64,000 nucleotides of DNA, taken from assembly GCA_013239625.1 (NCBI GenBank), contig MU057349.1, positions 9,079,306-9,143,305 of the forward strand, given 5' to 3'. The notes under the pieces are model-generated. The model saw nothing but the letters and a program-made list of their open reading frames with translations. It did no database searches and was not told where the DNA came from. The DNA comes from Lama guanicoe (lineage: Eukaryota). Each line of letters begins with the position of its first letter. Within the stretch, counting starts at the first letter, position 1. Shown piece after piece: positions 37,976 to 50,989 of the stretch. The translations under genes and the position numbers were made by a program.

Positions 37976-38690
37976 TTATCATGACTGTGAGCAGTGGGAG
38001 CTGCCAGCGGCAGCAGGAAGATAAGAACCCAGACATTCTGGCCCCAGAACCTGTCCCGCAGGCCGTACAGGAACTGAGAGAAACTATATGTTGCATTTTT
38101 TCTAATGAGCACAATAAAGGTACTTGAGAGAGCATTTCACCCTCCCCCATGCAGAGAAAACAGAGGACGCATTTGGTTAGAAGGTGCATTGTATTTCAGA
38201 TAATAATCAGGAAGAATTGAAGAGGGGGTTCGTGAAGGCCAATTTAACAAAAAAGAAAAATCAAATCAGAATGGTTCCACAAGAAGGAAGCCAAAGCCTT
38301 TCCTGTAATCTATATCAAGACCTTGGAATACTTTATTGCTTTAAAAAAATAACTTCCCTCAGCTTTAGGAAAAAATAAATCTTTCCACTTCACATGCAAT
38401 GGAGATGATAGGCCATTCTCAGCGTTGGAGGGACTGAAGGACAAAGGCTTTGATGTTTAGCATAAAACCTTGAACATGAATTCAATTCAAACCCCAGGAG
38501 AACTGCCACCACACCCCTACCCCGTCAGCCAGCACTACCTTTCCGAGGGCAAAACCCATACCCGAGTTTCCTTTTCATTTCACCATCAATTACTCACAGT
38601 ACCCCGACAGCACCTTTTTGTCTCCCAAACAAACAAAAACGACAGCGTTGGGTGCCATGGGCGTCTGTGTTTTATCCCATTTGTTATTGT

Positions 38691-38727
38691 GACAGCTTTA
38701 GCTCATCCATGAAAATTCTAAGACACG
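38691..38727 (+). repeat. 37-bp exact direct repeat, copy 1
   Basis: GACAGCTTTAGCTCATCCATGAAAATTCTAAGACACG, identical to 40069-40105. Confidence 0.95.
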
Positions 38728-40068
38728 ATGCCTCGTGACGCTAAAGCCCTAGAAAGAACCATTTAATTTGGGCCCAAACCTGAGGGGAGTAGCATTCAAG
38801 TAACAAGGAGAGTCACGGAAAAGAAGCGAGGAGAAGCCAACTGGAAGGCAGTCAAGTTGCTGAGGCCCCCGACGCCCCTCGCCAGTGGAGTGGAGACAGC
38901 GTCCTTCGCTAAGGCTCTCAGAGGCACATGCAACCAGCACGCCTGCCGCTGAAAAAATAACCCTGCACGTTCACAGCGAGGTTAAGAGAACTTTCCCAAG
39001 CAGGCAAATTTGAGTTACCCAGACTCTACGATGAAAACAAAAAACTGGTTGTTTTTATTCTGCTTGAGAAGGAGGCAGCTGTTTATTTAATTATTTATAA
39101 ATAAATAGATTTTATTTTTATAAAATTTGTTTAATCTAGAGACTGAAGTAAACTATATTACCCACTGCAACCTTGGACACACACACAGAACTGAATAAAA
39201 TTTTCATAAAACACTCCTTAATCCTCACTAAAGGCAATGCACTGTTATCTTCTGTTTGTCATATTTTAGATGTCAGTCACAGTCCAAACTAAAGCGCTTC
39301 ATGGCCGCTACGAGGTTACACTCTGCAGTTTGAAGCTCACAGGGCTGGATGAAGCCTGTGCTTCTTGGCACATTCCTGTCCCAGGAACACGGGGTTCCTG
39401 TGACCCTCCTCACCCTGTCCCTCTCCCTAGGAGATGCCACACATCAGTCTTGACTGGTCAGGGAAAAAAAGACAGCTTTTCCTTTTCCTCTGGATTTCCC
39501 AAGCCCCGAAGGGCACCCATCATCACTGCCCAGGCTCGTCCTACCCTCAAAGGTGGTAGGTGGAGGCCGACCCATCTCCAATGGAGTGGGGTCGGGTTCT
39601 CCTTACAGTGGTCACAGGATAAGTTAGGGGAGCGTTATACAAGGGGCCACCCCATCTCATGCCTGAGGCTCTTGGGTTCACAGCCAAGGGAAGAGGGATT
39701 TCCCCACCAGAGGAACCTGTCAGATTCTCCACTCACATCTCCTCATCCTTGGCTTCACATGAAACCCTAAACATGGATGTAGGACGTGGGGATTTGGGAG
39801 CAACAATGATATGCAGTGGACATGGCCACAGTGCTGCCCAGCTGCAGAGGGTGCGACCTGCACTCTCTCTGGAAGAGTCCACGAAGGGATGCCAGCCTCC
39901 CCGAGCACAGTGGGCGATGCCCTCGCAGTGTGCACCCCGGCCCACTCCTGCATCCCCAGCCTCTGTGAATGTTCTTCCTCCCACCTCCTAGGCACGGAAA
40001 TGCTCTAGGCTTTGGTTCCCTTTTGGTGTTTTGAGAACGAACGGTCCTTCCTGTCTATCCCTTAGACA

Positions 40069-40105
40069 GACAGCTTTAGCTCATCCATGAAAATTCTAAG
40101 ACACG
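40069..40105 (+). repeat. 37-bp exact direct repeat, copy 2
   Basis: Identical to 38691-38727. Confidence 0.95.
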
Positions 40106-40725
40106 CAGCAGCCAGTCAAAACTGTTCTGACTTCACAGGTAAATCCCTCACCAACTGGTGTTTCCCTGGGTCTGGGGAAGCCCGGATGCTCTCAGCCTCT
40201 CCCCTTTGGCCTCGAGCTTTCAGTGAGCAAGACCGTCTCTCTTACTGCCTCTGCATCTTTTCCCCATCTTTGCTAGTCCAGTAGGTTAGACCATTTAAGA
40301 ATCGTCATTCTGAATTTACCTGTGTAGGTCTTGTTTTTGTCCACCTGTCTTTTTATTTATTTATCTATTTTTCCTTTAACATGTTTTCGTTCTCACAGTT
40401 CTCCCCTGGCATTGTGGGTCCCCCGAGTTACCAATTACAGGTCTCCTCCTTTCTGAAGAGAGTCATCAGGCAGCTGTCTGAACAGTGTCTGGAAATCAGA
40501 TCTCGGGGCAGGGGGCCGGGGGCCGGGGGCAGCGCTGGTATCTTTAAAGCTTTCCGGTGATTACAAAGTGTAAGCGAGTTTGAGAACCATTGTTTATTAT
40601 TCCCACTTACAGCAGGTTTCAACCAGTAGGAGAGCAGATTCTCCAATTTCCAGAGTGAAGACTATTCCATCCCCATCATCCAGGAAGGTCACTTGCAAAG
40701 GTTACATCTCAAGCCAAGAAATAGT

Positions 40726-40779
40726 TGAGGTTTTTTAAAATTGAAGTATAGTCAGTTATAATGTGTCAATTTCTGGTGT
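40726..40779 (-). mobile_element. Ultra-short L1 3' insertion
   Basis: ttgaagtatagtcagttataatgtgtcaatttctggtgt flanked by CAAGAAATAGT at 40715-40725 and 40780-40790. Confidence 0.8.
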
Positions 40780-41603
40780 CAAGAAATAGTCTTTTAAATC
40801 AAAATCCAGCCAGTTATTCCCAGCACAACACAAGTATGAGGATCTAAAAGAGGATCTAACCTGTGCACCAGTGCAGTAGTGACTGCGTCTGTCTGGAGAA
40901 GTTGGGCGGGCTGCAAAGAGGATGTGGTTTCCGAGCTGGGTTTCTGAGAAGGAATGGGGATTGCCCAGGCAGAGGGGAGGCAGAATGGCATGGAAGTGCA
41001 TGGAGAAAGGCCAGAGGTTCTGTGAGACCAAGAGAGTGGTAGCTCTGAACCTCACCCTCCACCTCATCTGTGAGGAAACCATCTTTGAGCCCTCGGAAGC
41101 TGAAACAGCATCCCTGAAATGAAAGAATCCAAGTTCCTGAGAGGTTTCCATTCCTAAGGCTTGTGATAGATGGCTGAGTCTGTGGATGCGAGGGTACTGC
41201 TGTTCAGAAGGCAAAGGGATGCGTCTGGGCTGGAAGGGTAAAGTAGGGTTTCCCAGAAGAGAGAAGCTGCACCTCAGATGGTGACGGGAGTTAAGGGGTC
41301 ATTTGGGGAGCATGGAACCTGGGCCAGAGTTGGAGGTTGAGCAGGTGGCTGGGGAACAGCAGGTTAGAATTACTGAGGGTCCTGTAAGAAGTCAGTTCCC
41401 TTTTCCTGTATTATACTTTGTCTGATACACTACACTGTCAGCTCCCTGGGAGCAGCCATCAGCTCTGGGCTTCACCCAACCAGCACACAGCTCTGCACCC
41501 CACACATCTGAGTAAAGAAAAGTTTGTCAATGGAATAGTAAATAGTCGTCAATAAATAGAAGTAGGGAGAAGGCGTGGAAGGGATACGTATAAGAGAAAG
41601 CAT

Positions 41604-42127
41604 ATTGTGTCTGTGAGTCTGTTTCTGTTTGGTATCATTTTTTAGATTCCACACATAAATGATATCATATGATATTAGTCTTTCTCTGTCTGACTTACTT
41701 CACTTAGTATGATCATCTCTAGGTCCATCCAGGTTGCTGCAAATGGCATGATTCATTCTTTTTTATGGCTGAGTAGTATTCCATTGTGTATGTATGTGTG
41801 TGTGTGTGTCTATGTTTATCCAAACAACTTCTTTATCCAATCATCAAACTTATGGTTACCAAAGGGGGAAGGGGTAGGAGAGGGATAAATTGTGAGTTTG
41901 GGATTAGCAGATACAAACTACAGTATATAAAATAGATAAACAACAAGGTCCTACTGTATAGCACAGGGAGATGTATTCAATATTTTGCAATAAATTATAA
42001 CAAAAAAGAATATGAAAAATATTATGTATATATACGTGTGTGTGACTGAATCACTATGCTGTACACCAAAAACTAACACAAAATTGTAAATCAACTATAA
42101 TGTAAAAAGACCAAAAAAAACCAACAA
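41604..42127 (+). mobile_element. L1 insertion with 5' inversion (twin priming)
   Basis: Antisense L1 segment at 41604-41845 followed by a sense 3' end at 41846-42127; TSD AAGAGAAAGCAT at 41592-41603 and 42128-42139. Confidence 0.92.
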
Positions 42128-43784
42128 AAGAGAAAGCATTTTAAACACACCATCGTCTTCTTGAATACAAAAAGCATGACTCTTGAAAAACTGCTTCTTC
42201 TAGAGAAGGTTCCAGTCAAGTGCTTACAGTCTCCAAGCAAGTCAACCCTTCTGCTTGCGGTGTGTAGAAGGCCCTCCCCGCAGACCCGTCCACAACCAGA
42301 CTGGCGTGCTCCACCCCCACCATGGTGTTCTAGTGCTTTTCAATTCCTTTCTTTTCACTTTCATTTTCAGCTGGATGACTGATATGTGGAGGACCAAGCC
42401 TGCCACTCTTGATAGCTGAGGATGGCGGGTGTGGAGGATACAGCAGAGTTCTCCCCTGGGGGTGCCTTCTCCCCATAGCCAGCTGGTTGCAGCTGGAAGC
42501 AACAATTATTCTGCCTTGGCCAGGAAGCTGAGGTGAGAAGGCTTCTGTGGGGCCGAGGCCTGGCACGTGTCCAGCCTGGTGAGGACAGCTCTGCTGAAGG
42601 GCTGGTGAGGGCACAGCAGGCCACCTGGAGAGAGCACCCGTTCCCTCCTCCCCCCTCTCCCCAGTGCAGCCTTCTGCCGTGAGCCACTCCAGGACAGGGC
42701 TTGGGGCTGCGAGAGTCCTGGAAGCAGCCACCATCACCGCGGCAACAACTACAGTACAGACCACATCCAGGGGCCCAGGATCGGGGACCTGACATCACGT
42801 CCCAGCTCTGCGCTTGCAGCCTGGAAGTGGAATTGTTATTTTCAGAGCTTATCTGCATCCTGCACGGAGCCTCTCCAGCTGCTGGGATGCAGCGTGGGTC
42901 TGATGAGCATGGATTCTTGGGTTTGGAGCCCTGGGCGGGGATCCCCCTTCACCCTCCACCTGCTAAGACAGAGAGTGAGCTGGAGAGAATTCAGACCCGG
43001 CAGCCACACAACTGAAAGGATCCTCAATGGGCCAACATACTCCTCACTCCCCTCCCTCCCCAGAGGTAGGAAAATGATTGCAGTTCCCAGTTCTTTTCCT
43101 CATTTATATAATCTCATCTTTTACGTTGGAAAAGGCAAGCTGTCATCTGTGCATCAGACCAAGATGCCCCCAGCTTTCGCCTCTTACAAGCCCAATTCCA
43201 GGCATGAATGTTGCAATGAGGGTCCCTCACCTCCTCCCCTCACTATCCTTCACCACTTCCATCTTTGCTCAAAGACCACTTTTTTCAGGGGAGGAAGATT
43301 CTTTCCTCTCCTCTCCTATTACTTCCAAAATCATTTGCTGTTTCTATCCACAGAGCCACTCATCCAGGCGTGTTTCTGTGCCTATTCTGTGTTCAACATT
43401 TGCTAGCCCAAGTCTACTCACTGTTGGGTCTTCCCGTGGTTGAAACTTCACCACCTGTCAGGCTGAAACCTCAGGCCCTGGCGAGGTTCTAAGGCGGTAT
43501 TTTTCACTGGTTATTGACAGCCCTGCAAACTAGGGCACAGCTCCCGGGTCCCCTGACTCTAGAAAGTGAATATATTCCAGGGACAGAGCTCACGGAAAGA
43601 AACGGAACACCAGCTGCTAAGAGAGGGAGAGCTTCAGAATTCTCTTCCTCAGTGGTTCTCAAAGTGTGGTTCTCAGACCAGAAGCAGCAGTGGCACCAGA
43701 GCTTGTTAGAAGTGGCATTTACATCCCCACCATCTAGGGAAAAGGGTGGAGCAGTGGTCCCCAAACACAGGCATGAATGATGAC

Positions 43785-43990
43785 AGTGATGATAAGGGCT
43801 AGCATTTATTAAGCACAGTCACTCTGCACCAGCCCCTGCTCTAAGGACTTTATAACACATTTACTCATCACAACATCTCTCTGAGGAGTTAAATACTATT
43901 AACAATTCTGCAATTTTACAAATGAAGAAACCGAGAATCAGAGAGGTTAAGCAATGTGATGTAATCATACAGTAAATGACAGACAACAGG
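43785..43990 (-). mobile_element. MIR
   Basis: gctagcatttattaagcac...attttacaaatgaagaaaccgagaatcagagaggttaag. Confidence 0.8.
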
Positions 43991-44300
43991 TCAGGCTCCC
44001 CCCACCCCCCCCACACACACCCCTTTACCTCACTCCTCACTCTGGCTTTGGTCTTCTCTTCCCAGAGCAAAGGCAAGCGAGGCCTGGCCCACTGTCACGA
44101 GCTGGTACAGCTCAGGGGCCCTGAGGCTGCACTTTGGGCCAGCGGCATGGTTCCACCACGTCCTGAACTTGGACAAGTTACTTAGGTTTTATGTGCCTGT
44201 TTCCTCAGCTATAAAACGGGGCTAATAACTGACTCCTTCCACCTTGTTGTGAAGGCAGTGGTGGGAAGTGGTAGCGGCTGTGAAGATTAAATACCTTAAC

Positions 44301-44640
44301 AGAATCTAAAAAAATGACACACATGAACTTATTTACAAATAGAAACAGACTCACAGACATAGAAAATAAACTTAACAGCGATGAGGGGAGAAAGGGGGCA
44401 GGGAGGGATAAGTTGGGAGTTTGGAACAAGCAGATACAAACTGCTATATATAAAATAGATAACCAGGTCCTACTGTCTAGTACAGGGAATTCTATTCAAT
44501 AGCTTGTAACAGTCTATAATGAAAAAGAATATGAAAGGGAATGTATATCTGTAGAAATGAATCACTATGCTGTGAACCAGAATCTAACACATTGTAAATC
44601 AACTATACTTCAATAAAGAATGTTTTAATAAAAATAAGTA
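44301..44640 (+). mobile_element. L1 3' end inserted into a MIR (about 44140-44705)
   Basis: gaatctaaaaaaatgacac...cagactcacagacatagaaa...actatacttcaataaa; MIR sequence resumes after the tail. Confidence 0.88.
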
Positions 44641-45849
44641 AATAAGTTAATATATGCAAGCATGTCTGATGCACAGCACATGCTGAGTAAGTGTTACCTT
44701 ATTAATATGAAGGCCTCCAATTTGTGGATGGAAAAAAAAAGAAAAATATGAGAAAGGGAAGAGAGGGGAGAAAGAATTTGGAAACAAGAGGCTGAGAACC
44801 CTGTAACAACTTCTCAGGTAAACACTCATGAAGACCCCTGCCTGTTCTCTCGTGTGCTTGGGCAGCACATGCTATGAAGCATCTTCTGACCATGTGAGGG
44901 TGGAAACGTGAATCTCTCCACACTGGGCCTCAGGTGCATAGTTAATCTTCCCGTGAAAGCAGATGGTGCTGAACCAGACCGATCACCCTCCGACTTTAAG
45001 AACTGCCTGATGTAAGCAGAATTCTGTCAAAGTGCAGAGCTTCAGGTCTCTCTGCTGCTGCAAAGAAGCAAACGTGTGGGACCGATGAAATGTAGTGCCT
45101 GCTTCCACGTGTGCAAGGACAAAAAGAAAAAGCCACTATGAAATAAAACGACGCCTGTGTCTCAACCTTTAAGAACATCTAGCTACTTGGAGGAAATGTG
45201 TGACTATATTTTATTAGGATAACTGTTGCTGTTAGAGGTGGATAAGAGCAAAGACAACCCACAGAGGATGTCAAGCTTGTGGGGCAAGAAGAATCGGACC
45301 AGAAGGAAAAGGAGGCCTCTAACGGGGAAACGTGGTGTTGGCTTAAGCAAGGGGGAAATTCTTACAAGGGGAGAAAGGAGCCAACACTTGGCCTCCCTCA
45401 CTTCCCAAAAAACCCCAAACAGTGCAAGACCAGATCCCAGGAGGAAAAGCTCTCATCAGAGGAGCCGACCCAGACAGTCAACCCAACATGACTTTCTCCT
45501 GCAGCCTCTCAAGGCTCCCCCTGTATAATCAGCAGGGAAGTTGTGCAGCCCCGAGAGGGCACTTCTGTGCTGGTCCTGCTCGTGGGTACGATCGTGAGGC
45601 TGTCACAAACAAGATGGAGGTAGAAGGGTCTACCTCTTTCTGTCTCGATAAATTACAATATATAGTTCAGTGTACATAACTGTGTTTTTAACCAACTTTG
45701 TAATGAGCGATTAAATACAAACACCAAAACAACCGAAGGATCAGATTCACTTCTCATCCTGCCGCGTAATAAAACTGAGTCATCTCTTTTTAGCTTTATT
45801 GCTGTTTGGGCATTTTTTTTTAACATACCCATAGTCAACATCCATAAAA

Positions 45850-46360
45850 TTTCAGCTCAAGGCATTATTTTCTATCAGCTCTTCTATTTGTTTTCATAAT
45901 ACACAAATTTATCATTTTTTACCATTCTTATCATTGTTAATAGTAATACTATATTTCATTATTACACCATAGTTTGTTTTAATCTTACAGTTTTTAGGTA
46001 TGTTTCTATTTTTCTTTTTTTCTGTTTTTTTCCCTCTGTTTTTCTTCTTTTGAGTTATTTCTCCAGGCTGTGGTCTCAAATGCATGTTTACCAGGCCAAG
46101 GAGTGTGCTATCCCATGGCTCACTAACATTTGCCATGTTGCTTTCCAGAAATATTGGACTAATTTATGTCAGGATGAGAAGACACATTTCTCAACAGCCC
46201 GGCCAGATTTTAATTTCGTAATTATAATGTATTTTTACCAGTTTAACTGGCTTTGCCTGATTTTGTGCTTTTAGGTTCCCACAATTACTAGGGAAGCTGA
46301 ATCCTTTTCTACGGGTTTGTTTTCTTCTGTGAATGACATGTTCAGATTTTTTTGACCAAG
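45850..46360 (-). mobile_element. Degenerate L1ME-like fragment
   Basis: T-rich; tgccatgttgctttccagaaa...actaattta...cacatttc. Confidence 0.45.
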
Positions 46361-46999
46361 AATGTGGTAGAAATAGTATTGCTCCTATGAATTTGGTTCT
46401 GTTCCCAGAGATTCTGGATGTTCATTTTTTGTTTTATCCGTCCTGTTTCTCACAATTTCCCCCCTAAGTCACTTTGACTCAAGAAAGTTTTGCTCAGTGG
46501 ACACAGGGCCCACTCAGGTGGAAGATCATCAATTCAGCTCAGATTCCTGGCGCTCTATTTACTGGTGGCTGCACACAGTAATCCCCTCATAAATTTTCCT
46601 GAAGGCAGCCTGATTTTTGAGTCCCCCAGCTCCCTAATGAACTGTACTCCCGATCTGTCAAATATACCCAGCAATTACTCAATGCTGTATCATGTGCTAC
46701 TGGGGGAAAAAAAATCAGGGGTGCTATTTTCATGCTTGCCTTTCTGGTCACCTCTGATTTATATATATCGTGCCTTTCCAGTGAGGCAGCATTTATATAC
46801 TGTGATCTCCAAGCCTTCTACAACTCCTGGGTCAGTCTCTGGAAAGAGACTGAAGGAACCAAAGTCAAGATGTTATATTATCAATGGCATATGGGATAGG
46901 ATGTCATCAGTGATACACTGGGGTCGTGGACAAGGTCAAACAAGGTCATGGAAAGACAAGATGAAATAAACAAACTGAAACAAAACGTAAGGATTTGAA

Positions 47000-47206
47000 A
47001 GTTATTATAGGTAATAACACTATATCATATATTTGAAGTTGCTCAGAGAGTAGATCTTAGAAGTTCTCATCACAAGTAACTATGGGAGGTGATGGAAGTT
47101 AACTAGACTTGCTGTGGTGATTAGCAGCACAGATGTAAATCAAATCATTATGCTGTTCACCTAAAACTAATACAATATTATATGTTGATTATATCTCAAT
47201 TTAAAA
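47000..47206 (+). mobile_element. L1MA9/10-like 3' end
   Basis: gaagttgctcagagagtagatcttagaagttctcatcacaag...tatatctcaat. Confidence 0.85.
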
Positions 47207-47930
47207 TTTTTTATTGACATATGGTCAGTTTACAGTATTATAATTTCTGGTGTACAGCATAACATTTCAGTTATATATATATATATTCCTTTTCATTATA
47301 GGTTACAAGATATTGCATATAGTTCTCTGTGCTATATACTAGAAACTTGTTGTTTATCTATTTTATATATATAGTTAGTATCTGCAAATCTCAAACTCCC
47401 AGTTATCCCTTCCCACCCTCTTTCCCTTCTGGTAAGCATAAGTTTGTTTTCTATGTCTGTAAGTCTCTTTGTTTTATAAATAAGTTCATTATATCTTTTT
47501 TTTTTTTTAGTTTCCACATGTAAGTGATATATGGTATTGTTCTTNNNNNNNNNNNNNNNNNNNNNNNNNNNNNNNNNNNNNNNNNNNNNNNNNNNNNNNN
47601 NNNNNNNNNNNNNNNNNNNNNNNNNNNNNNNNNNNNNNNNNNNNNNNNNNNNNNNNNNNNNNNNNNNNNNNNNNNNNNNNNNNNNNNNNNNNNNNNNNNN
47701 NNNNNNNNNNNNNNNNNNNNNNNNTCATCTGTGGATGGACATTTGGGCTGTTTCCATGTCTTGGCTATTGTAAATAGTGCTGCTGTGAAAACTGGGGTGC
47801 ATATATCTTTTCAAATTAGAGTTTCCTCCAGATACATGCCCAGGAATGGGACTGCTTGGATCATATGATAAGTCTATTTTTAGGTTTTTAAGGTATCTCC
47901 ATACTGTTTTCCATAATGCCTGCACCAAAT
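47207..47930 (-). mobile_element. Camelid-type L1 3' portion, tail-to-tail with the previous element; N gap at 47545-47724
   Basis: Reverse L1 3' UTR and ORF2 end (gatggacatttgggctgtttccatgtcttggctattgtaaatagtgctgct). Confidence 0.9.
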
Positions 47931-47941
47931 TTTTTTTTTGA

Positions 47942-48035
47942 TTAAAAAATATTTTATTGCTAAAAAATGCCAACCATCACCTGAGCCTTCAGGAGTTGTA
48001 ATCTTTTTGCTGGTGGAGGGTCTTACAATATTTCA
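47942..48035. mobile_element. Tigger1 fragment
   Basis: tttattgctaaaaaatgc..catcacctgagccttcag...gtaatctttttgctggtggagggtctt. Confidence 0.75.
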
Positions 48036-50989
48036 AACCCTCCACCAGGTGCCCACACTCACTGGCATATCCATAACTTTCCAAGTGCAAGAGTCTTATT
48101 TCATTTCTTAAGCAATCACATGGGGGTTTTTTGCTGAGAATTCTGTGCCCCTCCCCTTCATGGCCTCATATCATCCCAATGTCTCAGCAGGGTCTTGAAA
48201 TCTTGAAAGGTCAGAGCCCTTCAATCTGTGCTGATTCAGGTCACCGTTTCCTTGCGACTTCCTTCATCTCTTCTTTTTTTTTAATTTTTTTTTAACTTAA
48301 GTGTTTGAAACGTGTGATAGAATGGACACAAGGTCAATTTAATTAGCTCAAAGAATACCCACTATCTAGAAATATATCTCCCTTTTGCAGGCATCACCCA
48401 AAATTATAAAACTACAACAAAATCTAAGAACTGTATGAGAAATGCTAAACATTACACAAATTATCTCATTAAAAAGGACCAAAAGACTTCTCTTTTTTAA
48501 AAAAGTCTCTAGTGTTCATTTCTTGGCCTTTTTTTTTCCCCCTCGCCTATAAGAAGCATCCCCCTTGAAGAAGGAGGCACCAGCACGCCTTCCCCCTTGC
48601 TCAATTCTTTCTTACTCACAAACTCAGACTAAACTTAGAGCCACCTATCACCCCTCCCACCTCTCCACGCCCACTCCCCACTCCCTTACCCTCGCTAACT
48701 CCCAGCCACAACTTTGGTCTCTGGAAGGGCTCCTAATAGATGGTTTTAAAAAAAAAAAAAAACCTACTCTGAAGAGCTACATATCCAACTGGTGAGGAGA
48801 AGGGGCATTTCTCCACTGGACTAGACACAACTGCACTGCAGCTCCACGTTACAGATGCCGAAGAGCTGCCGTTGTCGGCACTTACCGACCGCTTAGAAGG
48901 GGCCAGCACCTAAGGTGAGCCCTGCATATGCCTAACTCATTGAATCTGCACCAACACTGTTACCCCATTGTACAGATGAGATGAAGTGAAATTTAGAAAC
49001 ATAGCCAAGATCACCCGCTTAGTAATAACAGAACGGGGCACTGACACGTAACATATTGCCTCTCATAGTATTGCCACTTATTGATGATTTGTAATCAACT
49101 GTGGCTTTTTTCCACAAGTGTGTTATTTTTAACTCTTAAAAAAATACATTTCAATCTTACCCCTACTAGTTCCCAATTGACGGTTCCTGAGAAGCAAAAT
49201 ACAAAAAGCCCCAGACTGTGACTTCCCAGGCAAATCGCAGTAAGCACCTGACCGTCTTCTGTTCTTCGCTAAGAGTTCCACAAGCAAGTCACCTTCCTCT
49301 CAACAGGCAAGTATCTGACACCACAAGAGGGGCTGGGGAAGAGAGTGCGCGAAGGAGCAAGACGGGAGGGTGGGAATCCCAGCCCGGAATTCAAGAGACC
49401 TGCATTTCAGCCCTATTTCACCACTAACTCCCCTCTCTAGACCACAGGTTCCTCATAGGCAAAAGGAAACATCCCCTCCAGCTTTAAAAGTCTAATGATT
49501 TATGAAGCCTGGTAGTGTCGTCACACTGGTGCCTGGAGGTGTAGACACAACACCCCCTGCTGGCAGCCTCTGGGCAGTGAGGCCGAGGTCACCGGCTCAG
49601 CTGGCTGGTCCTGCTGCAGAGGTGACCCAGCTGTGGGGACCGTGGGAAAGGACAGCAAAGGGGAAGGTGATTCAGGCTCGCTCTCAATTCAGCCTGGCCC
49701 CTGCTCTGAAGTGTATATACTGCTGTGTGTTTGCTGAAAGGAATGTGCTTAGCATTCACATGGGCAAAGGTTTTAAAGGGGACAACAGGATTAGAGAATA
49801 ATTTTAGTGGAGGTCAGGGGCAGCTGGAAAGGCTTGTGCTCAGCCTTGCTGATAATGAAAAGCCATAATTTTTAAAAATTCTTTTTTTTTAAAGCATGAA
49901 ATATTCTCTTCAAGGTAGGTATACATCTATTCTCTGAAAGTGAAAAATCAATTATTCTATGGATTTTGTGTGTTTGATCAAAATATCAGGCAAGTAAAGG
50001 TTCTGAGCTTCCCCCTGAGGGTGCTTATCAGCCTCAGTACTCCGCTATCTGAGCCTGCTCGCCCCCGCCAGGCTGAAAACAAGCCCCGGGTACTTCATTT
50101 CTCATTTACCCCTCCAAGGTCTCCAGCTTCCACTCCCTTCCTCCTGTTCCTGGGGGCATCTGATAGGGAACACAGGCGTTTTCAACTTAGATGCTAGATA
50201 AACACACCTTAAGCGGTTGCATATTTTTAAAACACCATTTTAAACCATTTCTAAAAGCTTCAAAAACAGTTCTTACAATGACAAACCCTGACCCTTGAAT
50301 CTGCAGCCCACAGCAGAGCAGAGCAATGGAATGATCAGCCCTCAGTCCCCTTGCTTCTTCCACTCACCTCTTCCCCGAACCCCACAGCTGATGATGGGCT
50401 GTTTTGCCAGCACCCCACACCCCTCCTCAGTGTTGCTCACCTTCCCTGCAAGCACCAGGTCAGAGAAGAGAAAGGATGGGAGGGCAGGTGCGTATCCAAG
50501 GGGCAGGTAGAAGGAGAGGGCATCAGGGCAGGGTTTGGGTATTAGGGAGTCAGCGTCGGGAGAACATCCCACTGTGTCCACTGAAGCCAGGCCCCAAGAG
50601 GATCCAATCTGTGATGAAGTCCATTTTCACAGTAGGCTCCAGAAGGTCTCACTCCCCCAGTTTACACAAGGATATTGACCTGCTCATGCCTTCATGAATT
50701 GAAGAACCAGTCTGGCCTGTTCTCTAAACCCAGGGCTCCCAGTGCCCATCCTGTGGTCCTTTCCCTCTGGGGGAAAGCCCATCATGGTGGGCTCTGCTCT
50801 ATCTCCCCTTCTCCTAGTCTTTTCTCTTCCTTTCTACTCTTCCAAATGGAAGCCAAATAAAACCAATAAAGATTCATTTTAATTCTTCCCCTAATCCTTT
50901 ACTCCAAATGTGCTCAGAGAAAGTCTAGAACCAAAGCTGGCAGAGGCGGAACTCTCCATAGTGAACTGAATAGAGGGGAAATCTGGACA

